In this document: positions 27,706 to 42,284 of the stretch, piece after piece
Numbering within the stretch: the first letter of the stretch is position 1
Layout: the number at the start of each line of letters is the position of its first letter
From: Nymphaea colorata
Lineage: Eukaryota
Length of the DNA: 64,000 nt
Direction of reading: 5' to 3'
Assembly (NCBI RefSeq): GCF_008831285.2
Contig: NC_045138.2
Location: 39,246,001 to 39,310,000 of the forward strand
The notes under the pieces: generated by a model
What the model saw: the letters and a program-made list of their open reading frames with translations, nothing else
Databases searched by the model: none
What the model was told of the DNA's origin: nothing
Translations under genes and position numbers: made by a program

Positions 27706-28400
27706 CATGTTTTAAAACCCAATGACTCAGCACTCGACTCGTCCATCCTTGACTCGTGACTCGGTAGCTCAACTTGGTAACACAGGCTTGGTATTGTTAA
27801 CTTTTGGCTTTGAAACTAAAATAATATAAAAATTGTCATTTAAACATATTAATATCAAGTAAGTAATAATTAAGTCATATTGATAACAAGAAACTGAACA
27901 ATTAAATAGTTGTTCTTGGTAGTTGCATCTTTCAACATAACTGAGTAACAAGTATCAATATATCAATGAACAATTTGACAAGAAACAAACTTGAAAATCA
28001 ATATATTCAATATGGACAACTATCCAATAGTTGACAAACTAAACATGTGTGCGTATATTATCTAAAACTAAAGTTCCAAAAGGTGAAGAGGCAAAATGAT
28101 CTCAAATTGTGACAAGTAAATAACCATAGATGAGTTAAGCATAATCTGCTTTAACTTTTTATTTGCATTATGCAAATTTAATAAATGAGCTATAATTTTA
28201 AAATTTTATGTCCCAATATAGGTTAGAAAGTCAAGTAAAAGATTAAGTAATTAAGTAGCAATTAGTGAACCCCTCCTTGATTGTCTAATATGACTTTTAT
28301 CACCAGATTGCCAAGTGAAACCGAGTTTTGGGTCCAACTGGTCTGAGTCAACCGAGTCAACGGGTTGAAACGGGTGGTAGCATTTTGACTCGAACCCCAA
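27706..28400. mobile_element. Degenerate non-autonomous hAT-like element
   Basis: Starts CATGTTTTAAAA with clustered GACTC(G) subterminal motifs on the left and their complements (GAGTCAA) at 28320-28395. Core is AT-rich. No intact right TIR or TSD seen. Confidence 0.4.
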
Positions 28401-30759
28401 GTCTCCAGCCCTGCATCCTAGTTGATACCTCTCGTATTAACAAGAAAACTAAATGCGTTTAAACTAATTGTTTTCTTTAAATTGGCACCATATTAATCAC
28501 ACATTGGGTCCAAGCTTCCTCGATCCAAGTTTATGTTACATCAGGATTAATAGATACTTTGCCTGGTTGAATTGGTACACATGATCTCAAGCAGCATTGG
28601 CAGATATGTGCTGTCTGTGTATCAACGGCAAACAGGATTGATCTCAGCGCAGATCCATTCAGAGACCGAAAGCACTCTTCTGAAGTGTTTCCATTGCTGG
28701 TTTGAACCGATCAAGCCATCAATAATTGCAATGCAACCAACTGAGCTTGCTTGATTTCACGTATCCAACTTTGTGTTGCCGATTGAATATTCTGGACCTA
28801 GTTGGTTCAAATCTATGATCTCTAGAAGGTCTCTGAAACTTTGAAAACTATACCACGTGGAAGGACATGAGGCATGTTATTTTAGACCAGTATTTAAATT
28901 AAGTAAATGAAGGGACACCAGGACATAATAAATGCATTAATGGGACGGGACCGAATTGTTCTGTCTGTCACTTGGAGGTGCTTCTACGTGTGTGTGTTTG
29001 TGTGTTCCAATTTAAAGTTCTTAATCTTTCAACAGTAAGATGCATGCCAAGTGAAGAATACGTTTCAAAATAAAAACCCCGCATCAGCTTTCTATTGTAG
29101 CCAGAACACTGATCATGAGTCACCAAGTTCGTGATAAGACATTATTAGTCACCAATTGCTCATTGGCAAGGTTAAAGCTGGTTCTGTAATGCTGCTGTCT
29201 CATGACTGTTTTCATGAACTTTCCTCTTTGTGATGAAAAAACGGCTTAAACCTGGTTTAAAATTCTTCCATATTTCCTCAAGTGTAATAATAATAGGTTG
29301 CTTCTAGTTAATTGTTTAACATGTGTTCACCGAGAAACCAGAAGTGCCTGCCGGAATACAACCTGTTTCATGGAAGCCTTGATTCATATGTTCAGGCATA
29401 AGAGTTTACATGGCAATTGAATTGCACGAGGAAAGCGATACCTCATGGGATGCTGTACATTGAAAGGCGACCGACTGGTGAAATCCTTCGGGTGGCCGAT
29501 CTTGGTCACCTTCAAACATTGCACTTTTAGATAAACAGGAACTCTCTACTACCTAACACCGCAGGTGAGGAAAGACTCGAGAACAATATTAGAATGAAGA
29601 TTTCAAAAACCATTCAAGCGTTTATAATATAACATTGTTCCTTGTTTAGGTGACTTCCCCAGTATTAATGTCTCTGCTTACCAGTGAGTTTATCAATTTG
29701 GCCCTGGGGCTGCCCTTTGCCAAGCTTGGTTCGATCACCCTGTCATATCTTTGTCGCAGAGAAGAGAGGCTCCTTATATCGGTGAGCCTGAGAAATAATG
29801 GGTTAGCAGCTTAGCTTATAGGGTTTATCAAAATCAATACCAAAATCGAGTCGATGCTTGAGATCTAGAGCCGTCATCTTTTCGAATCTAAACAAAAAAG
29901 TTTGGGCCCTGCGTTTGCCTGGGACTTGGACGCCCCTGACCAAGTCTTGACTTGCCTTCTAAAACATGCAATCTAAAGACGTTTTCCAGCAGCGTTCTTC
30001 TGTTGGTCCCAGCCTTGGACTTCACTCGCAGAGCCATTCACACTTTAGAATCGGCCACTTGATCCATCGGCCTGTCAAGCCATGATGGGTTGGACAAGAA
30101 GTCGATCCAAATCAGGCACCTGTTGAATTCGGTAAGAAAAAAAGGCTATATCGCATGCGTATCTTATTCCTAATTGAATATATATTTTCTTATGGAAACC
30201 ACCTATTTGAATTTGAACTTGAATCCAGTATTAGGATTATACCCGACCCGTTGGCTATATATATATATATATATATATATATCCTTTCTGATCGTTCTTT
30301 TACATAAGGACATTGGAGGTAAGGGGAACCATAGTTAGGTAGCCGACATGTGCCTGAAAAGATCCTTCGGGTCCACTCAGATCTGGATCTTGGTCCGTTA
30401 GGCAACTCAATTATATGCTGTTGGTTCTTTTTGTGCCACAGATCAGTACTGCCAAAGGCAAAGCTCGGCTCCCCACCATCAATGGTGGCTCATCTTTCTT
30501 AACGCGTGCTCACAGTCATGTCCTTTGTCCAATTGCTTCCTACCTTCTTCTCATCGATATCGTTTCTCATGTATTCAATTATTTTCCATTGCTCTGCGTG
30601 AGTTGGCAAAGGCCCACTAGTTTCAGCAATTTATGGAGAAGAATGGAGACAGTCCGATAACGCGGAGTCATTATGAAAGGCTGTATCCGAAGAAATCGCA
30701 CATGGGTTGATAGACAGTTGCTCGCTCGAGAGTCGTAAGAATATATTTAGCGCTCTGGT

Positions 30760-30795
<36 letters not shown>

Positions 30796-33700
30796 AGACT
30801 TTATACATGCTTTGGCTTCTTCAAAGAGTTGACACTCTTGCAGATATTTAATTACAGACTCTGCTGCACTAAATATACTAGCACCAATGCATGTATTAGA
30901 TAACTTCCTACAGTTAAGCCTGCTTGGTTTACTACATATACTAGCACCAATGCATTGTATTAAGAGTAAATATGAGGTGGAGAGCGGCACGAACTTGACG
31001 GCGCAATGCTCGGCCAAGACTTCGAACTCCGGAGAGCCTTGCGGTTTTCTTCGACGTATAGAAAAAGAAGAAATGCATGCATTAAATGTATGACAGTGAA
31101 CAAAAAATTCTTTGAGTTGTTTCAAGCAGTAGCTGGCAGGACTTAATAAAGTTTCACATTTAACTCCTTGGGAACATCGATATCCCTTTCAAGCGCTACT
31201 TCTTTGGCTTGGATTGATGTTCATTGGTTTTCCAGGTTCCTTTATCTAATAATGTTAGCATAGAAAGTGAAAAAACAGGGAGGGAAAGAGATGGAACTGT
31301 CGCTCTCCCTCTCTCTTTCAATATATATATATATATATATAACATTTTCTTATCTATATATATATATATATATATATAACTTTTTCTTATCTTCTCTGTG
31401 ATTTAAATGAAGAAAGAATAGTCAAAGTTGTTAAGCTTGTTGATGGGAGAGATCAGGACCAACAAGGATCAGTCTAAAAGAAACGTTCACTCCAAAAGTG
31501 CTTAATTTAGGTAGAGCTGCCCCCTTTCTTGGGGAGTGTTCTAGAGAAATGTGAACTTATTGTTTCTAGATAAAGCTTCTTCATGTGTGTGGGCATAAAC
31601 AAAAGCTTCAAAGGACAAAGAGCTATTTTTGGTCTCACATGCAATCAGATGATCGCCTTGTTGATTTTTGTTTTTTTTGGTCTTCCATTCTTCTTCTAAT
31701 GAACGTTTTTATTTTTTATAATGAGACGTTGTCCTTTCATGTTTTCGGTCTAAGGTTCAATAATGATGATGAATGAAAATGAGGTTGATTAAATATTTTA
31801 TTTCGTCAAGTTTTGATGTGCTTGTCCTTGTAGGAATTTTTACGTTATTCCCTTTTTAGGGTTTTTAATTGCATGGTCATTTTATCTTCATTAACCTCCC
31901 TCAATCAACCATGTTGAAATGCCACAATACTCGAATTTATTTTTTAAAAAAGGTAAAGCCCTATTTTTGTAAAAAAGTGAGTTTATGTTCAAATTTTTAC
32001 GTTTGAAATTTATTCTTAATGCAAGTCATTTTACACGAAACTAATCATGTAGATGGCATTATAGAAGTTTATTAAATGACATGTTTATTTTTTTGTGTAT
32101 ACCGAATTCAGAATGCAGAAAAAGGGCAGATCAATCATTTTGAAAACTTCCTTATATATGAATTTCACATTAGTTTTTTAAACATGAAATTGTCATCCAT
32201 ATAGATTCTTTTGCCAGGGGTTTTCGAGCCACAAGGGAATAACTATTTCCTTTCTGAATCATGGGGGTTGCTGTTTAACCACGATTGAACATTAATTATG
32301 GTTACTACGAGCACTTTTTAGCAAAAAAGATTAATTAGGGACCGCTAATTTGCAAAACCTCATAAAGAGCAGTATGTTTTGCAATACGTTCACAAGGTCA
32401 GTACCATTTTGCAAAAAAAAACTTTTTTATTCATAAGCTGAAGTTAGGGATACGCCTGCCATGTTAAATATAGAATATTCATAGTCAAATATAAATCAGG
32501 AGACAAGTTTACCAAGTTGGCATATTAACTATTGATGCATGTTCGATAGTTTTTAAATTAATTACTTATACGGCAAACGAGGAATGGCGATTCTTTCAGG
32601 CTTTGTTCCATTCCAAATTCAAAAATGCCATCTTTTGATCATTTGGTGGATTTCTATAGGTTTTTATATTATAAAATTATTTCAAATCATTTTTATAGGT
32701 CCTTCCTTGACCAAAAGCAACTCTTTATTTGTTTCTTCTTTAAGCAGATAAAATTTTCAATGCACGCTTTTTTATTTATTTTGCCATATTGTTGTTTAAC
32801 CAATGGCAGATATATTGTTCAACTACGAAGCGAAGATCAACTACTCACAAGATGTTTAATTTTTAATTGCTAAGAATTTAGAGTTTTTTTTTTTCCTATT
32901 ACTTAAAAGTTATATATAGTATAATAGAACATATATAATATCTCGATGTTTTTACTGCTGAATTATTGATGACAATAATAATGATATAATCTTTGTTAGA
33001 TGTGACATTACATCAACTATGTACCCCACCATGTTTTTGTTTATATTAGTTTTCCCTCCACCGTGAAGTTTACCAATAATTTTAAATATTGTCGAATTTT
33101 CTTATTCTATTCTCCAATATATATCTTGTTAGCTAAACACACCGGATTGAAACAAATAAAATGCAGGACGGACTTCCTTTCTATTGCTAAAAAGGAAAAT
33201 TTCTTTTATGGGTTTACCATTTACCTGTAATTTAAAGAAAAGAGTCGCATTTGCAATGTTTCTAATAAAGATCACATTCTTTACAAATGCTGTTAAATGA
33301 ATGATTCAACTGACCTTCAAAACAGAAAACATTAGCTAAAACAGTAAGAATGTAACTTGGGGATAGAAGTAACACCGAGATACTTTCTTTTTGCATCTTA
33401 GGTTAAGGTGTAGAGTAAAGAATTTTTTGTTGTAGAGACTGAACTAAAATTTTAAAATTTTAATATGAATCCAAATATAATTTTCCATTTTTTTTATATA
33501 TTTAACCTCTGCCCCTGCCCTTGTCCGGAGTTCACTTCATGCACTTATTGGATATTTTTCAAAAAAGTGTACCTCTTTTTGCAAAAAGTTATAAAAGTGA
33601 TGGGCGTGCAAATGAATGCTTTTGCTTTAAAAAAAAAAATCTATCATGCTTACACTTATGATTTTGAAAATTTTCAATAGCTTATAAAAATTTTAAAGAT

Positions 33701-36700
33701 ACTATTGAACTTTTTGTGCACCTGCCCTTGATACGGGGGCCCATCTCTTGACTCATAGCCAAGTAACGAAAAAACCCAAAAAACCAAGAGCCAAAATTAG
33801 AAATCAAAAATTTCTATATTTACGTAAATTGAAAACCAACATAAACGGTCACATTTTTGGGATAGCAAAATCATCGTGATGGCAACATCTACCACTTCCC
33901 GTCGACGGTAACCCAACCCACAAGCCATCATTTTGTCCCACTTTGTGGCCGTTTGCCTCGCCCACGACACGAAATCCAAACAATTTATTAAATTGGAGGC
34001 CCAGTCGAAATTAAATTCGACGCATCCAAAAATGTCAAAATGAAAAATAAATATTGTTGAGCGCATTCATGACAAGTCAATTAAATTTCCACTCTTATCG
34101 GTCCCCAACGGCTACTTCGGCTCATATATATATATATATACTGTCCGAACTAGTTCAGTTATTTTTTTTCCAGTTTTTGAGAAAATGGGAATTAAGAAAA
34201 AGGATTAGAAAATCGCAATCACAACGGGTCCGTGCAAGATTGGATGGAGATCCAAAGTGGGCCAGACTGGTTATGGGCCAAGAAAGCGAGACCTGGTTCT
34301 GGACCCACTTGAGTATTTTCATCAGTTTCACTTCGGCTGTTTGATTGATCCCCTTTTTGTCCAGTCACCTAATCTATTTATAAATGCAGGCACCCACCAT
34401 ACTCTCGCTCCAACTTTCCTATAAAGTAAAATAAAACCCTAAAAAATTCTGCCTACACCTTCTATGAAAATGCACCAAGCAAGCACATAGGCTAGGCACG
34501 TTGAGGAACTTATTCCCCAGTCTTCGCCCACTCACACATACAAGCTCACACCATTTGCATGTGCGCAGCGCAAACACATGCACAGTTTTCGCTCTCTTTT
34601 AAGTGGTAGGGTAAAATATTCCTTCGGCTTCAACTCTCTTGTGGGTGATTTTTTGAGCGGTAGGATGAAATATTCCTCCAGCTTTTAAGCAGTGAGACAA
34701 AATATTCCTCATTCTCACCTAAAAACAATGTTGAATTGTTTATATTGGCTTCAGATAAAAAGGTATTTAGCATATCTGATTAAACATTTAGGAAAAATAA
34801 ATCAAATACTTGCTGCAGCAATATTGGATTCTCTGACCAAATTCTTGACAGCAGATGCCGAGACTGACATTGGCGATCAAATGGGAATTCGGACTTTCAT
34901 TTTCTATGGAGCCAACAGGCAATTTCGTCATGATCACATGAAGACGAAGATTAAAGTAATGGTGGTAGGGGAAAAAGCCGGACGCATGTGAGGCTTTCTG
35001 CATCGAAATTCTTTATAGATTTACAGGCCGAAAGCTACTGTTGGTGGCAATTCCATCAGAATAAAACGAGACAGCAGGGTGGAATTTCTTCACGTCAAGA
35101 GTTTAGATCCTTTTCAATTAAAGAAGAGAAACAGTAGTTTATGTGGGTCTATCAAAAGGGGAAACACCGGAAACTATGGATCTGGTACTACGTATACATA
35201 TCTATATGCTCAATCACGTGGAGGACATTGATATCGTTTAATTTAAATCAAAACGACAAATGTGAAGCAGGGGAGTTTCATGGTTAAGTGGTGCCTCTAG
35301 TAATTCCATTATTGCTGCTGCTGGAAACTCACTGGATGATCGTTTGGATGGTTCTCGTCTTGAGTGAAGATGTTGCCTTAATTGTTACCTTTTACAGAAT
35401 CTATGAGAAGGACAAGGAGATGGATGTGAGGATGGTGACAGTTTTATGGCTCACCGCATCTCCAGCTTGTTGTCTTCTTCCGATGCCACTGTGACCGCCA
35501 TGGCCTACCTGCAGAAATTATCTTATTCACTTAATAACTTTGCTTTTATTAATGTCTGCAGCTCGTTTTAGCTTGATTTTCATCAGAATTTCTTGATTTC
35601 TCAATTGATCATAGTCCAGAGTCATTGATATGTGTTCCCTCGGCTCAATCTACCAAAATTCCATCTAGAACCTACCAAATTGGCCTTTTTTCCACCGACA
35701 CAACCACGTTGCACTTGGGCTCGAAATGAATCATGGCATCTGCTGGTGACATTGCTTCACGAATCTTTACTCCCAAGTTCGTCGTAGGCGAAGAAATCAA
35801 AGTAGAGAAGAAAAGGAATTGTCAAACAAACATGAAGGCAAGGGAACCTACTTTATGCCGCCGGCTTCTTCCTCTTTAGTTGAGATCAATCCCTCGTATT
35901 AAAGAGGGTAAATCAGCAGTACAGATATTAACGAATTTTACCAACACATTATGCCGCCACCTACCAACCTGCTCATCATAAGTAAATCTGCGCTAATGAA
36001 ATTAATAATGTGTTGGTAAAAGATGGTAACTGTAAATATGTTTCTAGATAAGGAATCAAGTTCCAAAGGGAAAAAGATTGATATGCACTTTTCGGTTTTT
36101 TCAGACAGGTGATTCTTGAAGAATGGTGGTTGGAGCTGATAGGGACTTACCTCCCAAAGATGGATGCCCATGAGCCGTCTGATCTTTGGACATTCATTTT
36201 CATTGTTGAAATTCCAAAGAAAATAACAACTGAGGTCAATTCTAAGCCCGTCGGTTGGATTACGGCCGTCTTTTCAGAACTTCCATATTCAATTCAAAAG
36301 GAAGATGCTAAAATCAGCTCCCAACCAACCAGGAGATGCTCTACTAATTTTAGGCCAACTATTCATTACCAACATGCTCGGTTGTTAGGAAGGTCGGCCA
36401 TCTCTTCAAAATTGGTGGATATACCAAGTGTTTGATCGAGTTGAAGCTGCAGAATGTGTTTTTTTTCTCAATGTTTAGATGTCTTAGATCTAGATTCAAC
36501 GTGTATTTTGACAGTTTTGGATCCACATTGCTTGCATCTTTAATTCAAGCTCAACATATACTAATAAACATCAGCAGCTTTGTCTTATTTTCTTTATCTC
36601 GAGTTGCAAGTATCGTTTGAATAGATCCTTCGTTGCTTTAAGGAGGAGGAAAATGAAGCACCTGGCAACCAAATTGCTCCTCCAAGCTGTCTGCTTAAGA

Positions 36701-37660
36701 AGACACGGCTTCATGTTCCTAGAGAATCGGCTCAGAAGATAGTTTTCACTTTTCACGAAGATGGTCCCTCTCCCTCATAAAGGGCGCTTTCTCTCTCTCT
36801 CTCTCTCTCCCCAACGCTCGCTGCTACTCTCCACTCTCTCTCGTTTTTTTTTTTTAATAGGAAGGCCACTACCCCCCCCCCTTCTCTCTCTCTCCCTCTC
36901 TCTCACAGAGCCCTGTTACCCGGTACATCTGTTTATACACCTTTTGCAGTCCCAAGGCTCGTAGATAAAAGGGAAGAAGGGAATGAAAATTAGTTCCTCC
37001 ACCCATTCTTCCTGCTATTAAATATTCCGCACCCCATCTGTGCTTTGGAGCCTTCCATTTGTAAGCATTGAAAAGCATCCCAGCAAAGCTTCTCGTTTCC
37101 ACCTTTTCAACTTCCCTTTCCCCTTTCCTCGCTTGTTCTAGCACTCTTTGTCTCTCCCCACTTTCTGATTTTCTGCTACTATGGTTCTGCTACTACCACT
37201 GGTGTTGGACTAGCGTCTTCTGCTTCTTGGACCGTTGTTATTGCTGTGTTGTTCATACTTAATAGAGTCATTGCTTGCAGATTCCGCCATTGGAGGGCGA
37301 TCCGAAGGGATTTTCCTTTGGATTATACAACGGTCAATCCGATACCAGTGAAGTTTTCCTAGGTTCTTCTTCCTTCTAATCTTTTTTGCATTTATTTTTA
37401 TTTATTTATCTGCTTTTTGTGGATGTGCGGATCTCTCCCTTGAGGGGTTTCCTCCTTGGAGTGTTCTGCTTGTTTCCTCTTTGTATTCATTTATGTAATT
37501 CTTTTTTCTTTTTTTTCTTTTTCTCTGTGCGTGGGGTCAGGGATTAAGTCTCAAATGTCTCTTGTAAGGAACAAGAGTCTTGTTCCTTCATCCGCTTGAA
37601 AGGAAAAGGGCAGAAGTTCGCCATTGTTAGTTTTCCTTCGCGAATCTTGCGCACTTGTTG

Positions 37661-37695
<35 letters not shown>

Positions 37696-37902
37696 CTGTA
37701 GAAATCTTCTTAATTTGAGAAATGGTTCCAAGTGAAGTCTGCCATTAACGCTCTTCTTGCAACGGATACTCTCCTGCCCAGGAGAAAACTCCTGATTAAA
37801 CTCCAACTGTTGTCATTAACTTCAATTCGTCTTTCCAGAATCACATTTCAGAAGAGCCGTATCCCTCTTTCTCTGTCTCTCTCCAAGAAAGGAAAGCAGA
37901 GC

Positions 37903-40900
37903 ATGGCGGCCACCGGGAGGATGTTCCGACTGTGGCTGCTTGCGCTTGTGGGATGGGCTTCGATGCTGTCCGCGGTTGATGCTGCGTACTTCACCACCTG
38001 CTCGCAGACGGTGCCCCTGAAGACCCGGCGGGATGTCATCTCCATAACCGACTTCGGAGGAGTCGGGGACGGCCGGACCCTCAACACGTGGGCGTTCAGG
38101 AGCGCCATCTACAGGATTCAGCACCTCCACCGGCAAGGGGGCACCCTGCTCTACGTGCCGCCGGGCGTCTACCTCACCGGCCCCTTCAATCTCACCAGCC
38201 ACATGACCCTCTACTTGGCCAAGGGCGCCGTTATCCAAGCCACTCAGGTACCCGCCTCTCTACCTCTCCCCACTCTCCCTTTCAACTGCTTGATTTGCAA
38301 TGGCGATCGAAACTGGTTTTTGGGATCCGACTAACCGATTCGATTCGTTTTGGGGGACCGGAAATGAATTCTGTCATGTTGGTATCGGGAAGACGTAGTC
38401 CTAGACCGGAGTCATTCCTCGTGAGCCTATGAGAAGAGATTGGCATCTGTCTCGGTTTCCTAACTCTCTCATGAACTTGCTCAAGAAAGAGAGTTACTTT
38501 GGAGGGCAAAAGTAACTTAACAGGATAATAAGAGCAATTAAAGAAAAAGGGCGAGTGTTTGCCTTTAAATATTTGAAACCTGAATTTTAAAACACAACCT
38601 GCACGTGATTCACCCATGTACCGTTTTCCTTTATTAATATTTAGCACGTAAGAGAAGGACCGGGCAAGCTTCTGGCACGGTAACTATAATAATCTTTTAT
38701 AGTTTTACATTCCCTTGTGAATTGGGGCCTCGCGGAGATTCATTGTATGTGGAGTTTACTAAAGCGTGTTTGACGGCAACCCAGGCCTGCTCATAGAGAA
38801 CTTGAAAATCGTGAAAGATATTCGACATACATGGACTTGATTTGCATACAGATTTTAGTAACCTAATCTTCAAACTGCTGTCACGTGCTCCTTGTTGAAA
38901 AATTGCTTGAATATTTTTAGGAATAGAAAAACCACCCTCGAGGTGAGAACAGGAGACATGGTTGCAGTCAATGTTGTAAAGGGCGTATGGTAACGTATAT
39001 CAGTCCGGCCGACCTATACGTTGTATCCTAATATGTCGTAAATATAATATAGCGTATCTATACGTTGTATCTTAATATATCGTAAACATAGTATAGCGTA
39101 TCTTAAGATTAATTTTTTAATTCAAAACATACAAAAAAAAGTTAAAGAAAAATAGGAAAATTGCATTCCATATAAACAACACATCTCACAAAGAATGTAT
39201 GATTCATCATGCATAAACTATAATATATCAACAACACATTGAGAAACGAGAAATCATAGATTCAGAATAACATAATAAGCATTAATCACAAGTTTAAAAT
39301 GTTTTAGATTATACCACAAGTCCACACAATACAATTCGTTCATGATTATCATCAATGAATGCCTTCACCAACATATGATTGATTTTTTTAGAAAACTAGT
39401 TAAACTTCCCCCTCCCAGAGTTCCCTGTATCACACGATACAGGCAATACGCCTACGATGCACATGTATATAGTGTATTATAAGTGTATCGTATAGGTTTT
39501 TCGACGTATTGGGCCGATACGGATAACACTGGTTGCAGTAACTTGCCAGATTGATGATCAGGTGGCCGCCCGTTTCATTTTGAGACTCTTTCGGCCATAG
39601 GAGTTCTTCATCTTATTGTCAATGTACTCTCATCATTACATTGACCATTCTAACAGAACAAAATGTATGGTTCACATTGCTGGGCAATTCAATAGAGTGA
39701 CATGATGTCAGTTCCAGATTTACTGTTGCCTCCCCAGCATTGTGAAACTTTCAGTGTAAAAAACTCCAGCCGCTTACTGAGGGATGCCCTCTCTGATTGT
39801 GTACTTGGATCTGAAGTCTGTTTGGTAGGTACATGCTACCTGAGAATCAAAAGAATGGGTGTAACTGTAAGCTGTGTTTACTTATGCAGGACGCCAGTAG
39901 TTGGCCATTAGTAGCACCCTTGCCTTCTTATGGGAGGGGGAGGGAGAGGCCTGGAGGGCGGTACATCAGTTTCATTCATGGGAATAGCATCCATGACGTT
40001 GTAATTACAGGTGAGCTCTCCCGGAACATTTACTTCTCTGTACTCTTCTGATGATTTCTGTCCTGGGTTAGGCCGCGCTCATAAATCCCCATTTTTGTTT
40101 GAAACTGTTTCTTCGTCAGCATTTTCCTGCTCGTTTTGTATAAACTTTTATTTTACCTGTAAATGTACTTGATGTGCGCATGTCCACTGTTTAGAATGCG
40201 TCTCAGTCCTCATCAATGTAAAGCTGGGAAACGTTTATGGTTGTACTACATATATCGGGGAGTAGATCCAACTTTCACCAAAGCCAGTTTCCTGGGTGAG
40301 ATTAGGTTCTGAAATTTCTGGAAGCTTGTTGTGTGTCAAATGCACAAGATGTTCATTCGATTCTGATTACTTGGTAAACTGAAAGCTTGGTAATCTTGTA
40401 TGTTCTGTACTGGGCTTAGAGTGAATCTCATCGGTTGTGGGGGGTGGGGGTTTGGTTGTAAATTTTTCTAATTATCCCAGTTTGAGGCGGATTCCTTTAT
40501 ATGGACTAATGAACTATCAAATTTTCTAACCATTTTGCAATTCTTATTGCACATAACTGAAAGTGAATGTTGATTTGAGTTATGCAGGTGAGAATGGAAC
40601 AATCGATGGTCAAGGTCAAGTCTGGTGGAACATGTGGAAAGATCGCTCCCTTCAGTATACAAGACCAAGTCTTTTGGAATTGATGCATTCTAGAGACATC
40701 ATTATTTCAAACGTGGTCTTCAGGGACTCTCCATTTTGGAACATTCATCCTGTTTATTGCAGGTACTGATAATTGAGTTGTGCTTTTTTGGCTTTGTATT
40801 TTTTCCCTTTTGGTTGGGAAAAGGGTGATTTAGAAGTGGGACGTTGCGAGTTCTCTCTTTTTTACATTTTCTTAAATTTCTGAAACAGACTAAATAAAAT

Positions 40901-42284
40901 ATGTTGTGATTGGGTACAATACTTTCATAAAGAAAATGATATTAGCAGTACGCTTGGTTTATGGGCTAGAGAAAACTTCCACACTTCATCTTTTGCTAAT
41001 GAATATCAAGGTTGTGTTCCCGTCTGCTGCACAACCTGTATTGCCACTCAAGCTTTTAGTTTGCTTAGATGTGCACACAGCCAGACACACACATACACAT
41101 CAAAAGAGATGGTAATTCCAGCCATTTCCTAGCTTCATTGGTCAAGTCTCGTTTATTTGCTCATTTCTGGCAATTCTCAGTTTATGATGCTGCATCTCAT
41201 GCCAATCCTTTTTAACCATTGCAGCAATGTTGTTATCAATCATGTGACAATCTTGGCACCAGTTGACTCCCCCAATACTGATGGAATTGATCCAGGTACT
41301 GCATTGCAAGGCCTTTATGATGGATCTGTGTTGCAGGGTGATAACGCCTTTTAGTTTTTGTTTTTTGTTTTTATAATTATGCATTTGAAATTTTATTTTC
41401 CTTTTCAGAAATGATAATGCTTCCTTTTTTCATCCTCCTGCTAATTGGTTATCAACAGCTATTTTTCTTCCTGATTCTGTGGAATTCCGCTAATTTAATC
41501 TAGCCAGCTTGAAAGCTGTTCTTTATGACTGAAGCATGATGTGTAATGCTCTGCAGATTCTAGTTCTAATGTGTGCATCGAAGATAGCTATATAAATACT
41601 GGTGATGACTTGGTAGCAATAAAAAGTGGGTGGGATGAGTATGGGATCGCCTATAATCGTCGAAGCTCCAACATCACCATCCGACGGATAAGTGGCTCAT
41701 CATATCCTTATGCAGGGATTGCCTTTGGCAGTGAAACTTCTGGCGGGTAAGTTGCTCTTTAGTGCATTTTTCTTTCCTAATAAAAAAATGAGAAATCTTT
41801 TGTGGCCGACGGGAGGCATTAACGTTCACAAGATACTCTTTGCAGGATCGAGAACATTTTGGTTGAAAACATCAATCTCTACAATACTTCCACTGGCATA
41901 TTCCTCAAAACGAACGCTGGCAGGGGAGGGATAATTCGAAATATAACAGTCAGAGATATCTACATGGAGAATGTGAAGAATGCGATCAGGTTTGCAGGAA
42001 ATGTTGGCGATCATCCCGATGACAAATATAACCCCAATGCACTTCCAGTTGTGGATGGCATCTCAATCATTAACGTGTGGGGTATCAATGTGAGGAATCC
42101 AGGATCTCTCGAAGGCATGCAGAAGTCACCGTTTCAACGGATTTGTCTTTCAAACATAAATCTCAAAGGGACGGCCGCCACTTTGCCATGGAAATGCGAC
42201 AGTATTGAGGGCTCTGCCCTTGGAGTGCACCCTTGGCCTTGTACCCAACTGATCAGTACACAGGGTTCTGGCTCCTGTCCTTGA
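37903..42284 (+). CDS. Polygalacturonase-like protein (GH28, pectin lyase-like superfamily), 446 aa, secreted
   Basis: Exons 37903-38247, 39890-40010, 40588-40762, 41225-41295, 41557-41746, 41846-42284 (1341 nt, GT-AG introns, frame preserved). N-terminal hydrophobic signal. Motifs: ITDFGGVGDG, GTIDGQG..WW, SPFWNIHPVYC, SPNTDGIDPDSS, GDDLVAIKSGWDEYG, GSETSGG, LKTNAGRGG. Confidence 0.95.
38969..39531. mobile_element. Non-autonomous hAT transposon (MITE) in polygalacturonase intron 1
   Basis: Perfect 8-bp TSD GTTGCAGT at 38961-38968 and 39532-39539. Imperfect TIR CAATGTTGT / (rc) CAGTGTTAT. Subterminal CGTATC/GATAC motif clusters at both ends, AT-rich core, no ORF. Confidence 0.85.

Noticed and set aside
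28680..28700. CTGAAGTGTTT matching the 5' half of miR395
   Set aside because: The 3' half does not match and no complementary star arm was seen.
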